Shown piece by piece: positions 35,510-37,240 of a stretch of 37,240 nt of DNA. Each line of letters starts with the position of its first letter. Within the stretch, counting starts at the first letter, position 1. Location of the stretch: positions 1-37,240 of IMG/VR virus record IMGVR_UViG_3300043442_000183; one strand, 5' to 3'. Made by a program: the position numbers and the translations under genes. The DNA is from a virus. Its lineage: Duplodnaviria > Caudoviricetes. Below the pieces are notes generated by a model, which worked only from the letters and a program-made list of their open reading frames with translations, ran no database searches and had not been told where the DNA came from.

Positions 35510-36018
35510 ACATTCCCCTGACAGAAGAAGACCTACGTCTAGCAGAAGAACTGTCAGAGAGGACCTATCAGAAGTATAAGAATTTCAATGGTCATTACCG
35601 CAACCTTCGATCATCACACTCCATCGGTAGGTTTGGTGAGATAGCTGCCCATAAATACTTCAAGCAGTTAGGTATGAATACCAACCCACACTTTCTCAAT
35701 GTTGAAGAAGATTCTCTCTGTGACATCACCGCAGATGCTGTGCGCTGGGATGTCAAGACGTGGAACACCAGTTACTGGAATGTCTGGGGCAGAGCTGTAT
35801 CTAGTAAGCAACTACCATTCCTCAAGAAGAAAGCAGATGCCATTCTATGGACCTCTGTAGACCCGCTACAGCCCACAGAGGTAAGCATCTATGGTTGGAA
35901 TAGCGTTGATGACATCGCCCGCTATGAGCCTGTCTGGATGGGTCCAGAGGGCAACAAAGTACATAACCATCAGGTACCAATAGGTGACATTTTGCCACTT
36001 TCAGGCATAAAAAAATAA
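35506..36018 (+). CDS. Putative PD-(D/E)xK nuclease-fold protein
   Basis: G.FGE.A...D I.......DVKT pattern; ATGA overlap. Confidence 0.55.
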   Translation: MNIPLTEEDLRLAEELSERTYQKYKNFNGHYRNLRSSHSIGRFGEIAAHKYFKQLGMNTNPHFLNVEEDSLCDITADAVRWDVKTWNTSYWNVWGRAVSSKQLPFLKKKADAILWTSVDPLQPTEVSIYGWNSVDDIARYEPVWMGPEGNKVHNHQVPIGDILPLSGIKK

Positions 36019-36046
36019 GGCCCCAGGATTTCTCCCAGGGCCTTTT
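36009..36046. terminator. Bidirectional terminator between convergent operons
   Basis: AAAAAAATAAGGCCC...GGGCCTTTT. Confidence 0.7.
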
Positions 36047-36065
36047 GCCTCGCGCTATCTACAAA

Positions 36066-36251
36066 CTACTCTGCTCCACGACCAAATTCTTTAGCCGATG
36101 GATCGAGCCACTTCAGTACTGGTCCAAGGAATCCAGCAAGTGCTGCTGCTCCAAGGGTCTTTACATCAGTTTCTCCTGCTAGGTAAAGTGCAATAGCAGC
36201 AGAGGCTGCAGCACGAAACCACGTCAGCGATACTTGCTTGAGTGTTTCCAT
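36066..36251 (-). CDS. Holin
   Basis: 61 aa with two hydrophobic segments and PVLKWLDP....FG; follows the endolysin. Confidence 0.72.
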   Translation of the reverse strand: METLKQVSLTWFRAAASAAIALYLAGETDVKTLGAAALAGFLGPVLKWLDPSAKEFGRGAE

Positions 36252-36799
36252 TAGTTGCCTTTCGTTCGTTTATTGTGAACCTTACAGCAGGTACAATTTG
36301 GTGCTAAATTTGGTACCGAATTTGGTATCCAAATGCCACCTTTTGCCACCTTCTTCTTTGCTTGGGGCTGCAGGGCAGCCTTGAGCTGGTTCACAACTGT
36401 AGGTTGATTCATCCACCAAAACCAAGGGCTAGTGTCATTAGCGCTATCAGCGTTGATAGAAATATGAAGATGCTTAGTATGAGGGTTGCTACCACTGTAA
36501 GGCCTATTGCCAGACTTAGCCTTGAGGCGTGACCAAATTTTCTTATTGAAGATGAGGTAAGCAACCCTTTCATCTTCCTTGAGTTTTTCAAATATCTCGG
36601 CACAGTCAATACCTGCCTTTGGATCGTGGGTCAGGTCTACTGCTAGTCCCGTATTGTGATCTGAGTTAGGGCTTTGGGCTATGTGAGCCTTGCTTGGTAG
36701 GAGTCCATCTGATGCCTTGTTCCTCTTTGGTGCAAGCGCAGTTGCCTGCCGTAGAACGGCAATAGCAGCAGGTGTTGCACGTTTTGCAACAGGTTTCAC
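36251..36799 (-). CDS. Endolysin (M15-like Zn peptidase)
   Basis: SDHN.G.AVD and H.KH.HIS motifs; lysis context. Confidence 0.7.
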   Translation of the reverse strand: MKPVAKRATPAAIAVLRQATALAPKRNKASDGLLPSKAHIAQSPNSDHNTGLAVDLTHDPKAGIDCAEIFEKLKEDERVAYLIFNKKIWSRLKAKSGNRPYSGSNPHTKHLHISINADSANDTSPWFWWMNQPTVVNQLKAALQPQAKKKVAKGGIWIPNSVPNLAPNCTCCKVHNKRTKGN

Positions 36800-36802
36800 G
36801 GG

Positions 36803-37006
36803 TCATCTCCTCAGCGCTTCTTTGACTAATTCAGTAAGCAAATCTACTTTTTCTTCCAGAGCGTTTACCTTGTCCTTCATAGAGCTACCGCCATTAGGCT
36901 TGAGTTCCATAAGGAAGGACTTGACTATCCAGCGTAGTCCCATAAATACGGTTGATGCTATTCCAAGTATGGTGGCAACAAGCATTGCCCAGTCTGCTAT
37001 TGTCAT
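36803..37006 (-). CDS. Membrane protein of the lysis cassette (PNGGSS motif)
   Basis: N-terminal TM helix, ELKPNGGSSMKD and a coiled coil. Confidence 0.72.
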   Translation of the reverse strand: MTIADWAMLVATILGIASTVFMGLRWIVKSFLMELKPNGGSSMKDKVNALEEKVDLLTELVKEALRR

Positions 37007-37240
37007 TTATACGCTCCGAATTGTCACTACAAGCAGTCCTCCAAAGCCAGAGAACTTCTTATCTTGTGGGGTTTTATTGATGAAGTCCATCTCTTCTATC
37101 AGGCCAATATAGGATTCTCCTGTTCGGAAGTCCTCTATTCGGATGGTATCGCCTGCGTTTTCTACTGCTTCTAGTTGCTGCATACGGTCCCAAGAAGAAC
37201 CTTCGTAGCCTACTTCTACACCGAACTTATCGCTCTCGTG
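37007..37240 (-). CDS. C-terminal end of a tail protein (enters from the window end)
   Basis: Read by hand: open frame ...HESDKFGVEVGYEG...FSGFGGLLVVTIRSV*; probably the same gene as 1..489. Confidence 0.6.
   Translation of the reverse strand, partial: HESDKFGVEVGYEGSSWDRMQQLEAVENAGDTIRIEDFRTGESYIGLIEEMDFINKTPQDKKFSGFGGLLVVTIRSV

Overview
This window is almost the entire genome of a lytic, podovirus-like tailed phage. The host is probably a freshwater Actinomycetota bacterium, inferred from WhiB, leaderless TANNNT promoters, an actinobacterial SLT protein and a PNGGSS membrane protein. The genome is circularly permuted: the window opens and closes inside what looks like the same tail gene. 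It has three blocks. (1) A minus-strand late operon (24034 to 1, continuing 37240 to 36066) holds terminase, portal, internal virion proteins, scaffold, major capsid, small basic proteins, a collagen-like fibre, a glycosyltransferase, tail and fibre genes, and lysis genes. (2) A plus-strand early operon of small genes (24755-28767) sits behind a strong host-type promoter. (3) A minus-strand replication and regulation operon (35161 to 28843) holds an Ntn protease, Cas4-like exonuclease, WhiB, helicase, Holliday junction resolvase, split primase, DUF1599, a sigma factor and an FmdB zinc ribbon. I saw no DNA or RNA polymerase, integrase, tRNA or CRISPR array. The most interesting observation is a putative ~70-nt sRNA (28776-28848) with its own promoter and terminator. 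Its loop exposes ACCCCUUC, which is complementary to the unusual GAAGGG ribosome-binding sites of most of the first early genes, suggesting an sRNA switch that shuts off early translation. Also notable are two covarying RNase III-like hairpins in the early operon, a GATC-free and A-tract-free early region, a pseudoknot-like scaffold leader, a perfect CRP box and GACAC (WhiA-type) promoter motifs. All protein calls come from motif recognition and synteny, not from database searches.
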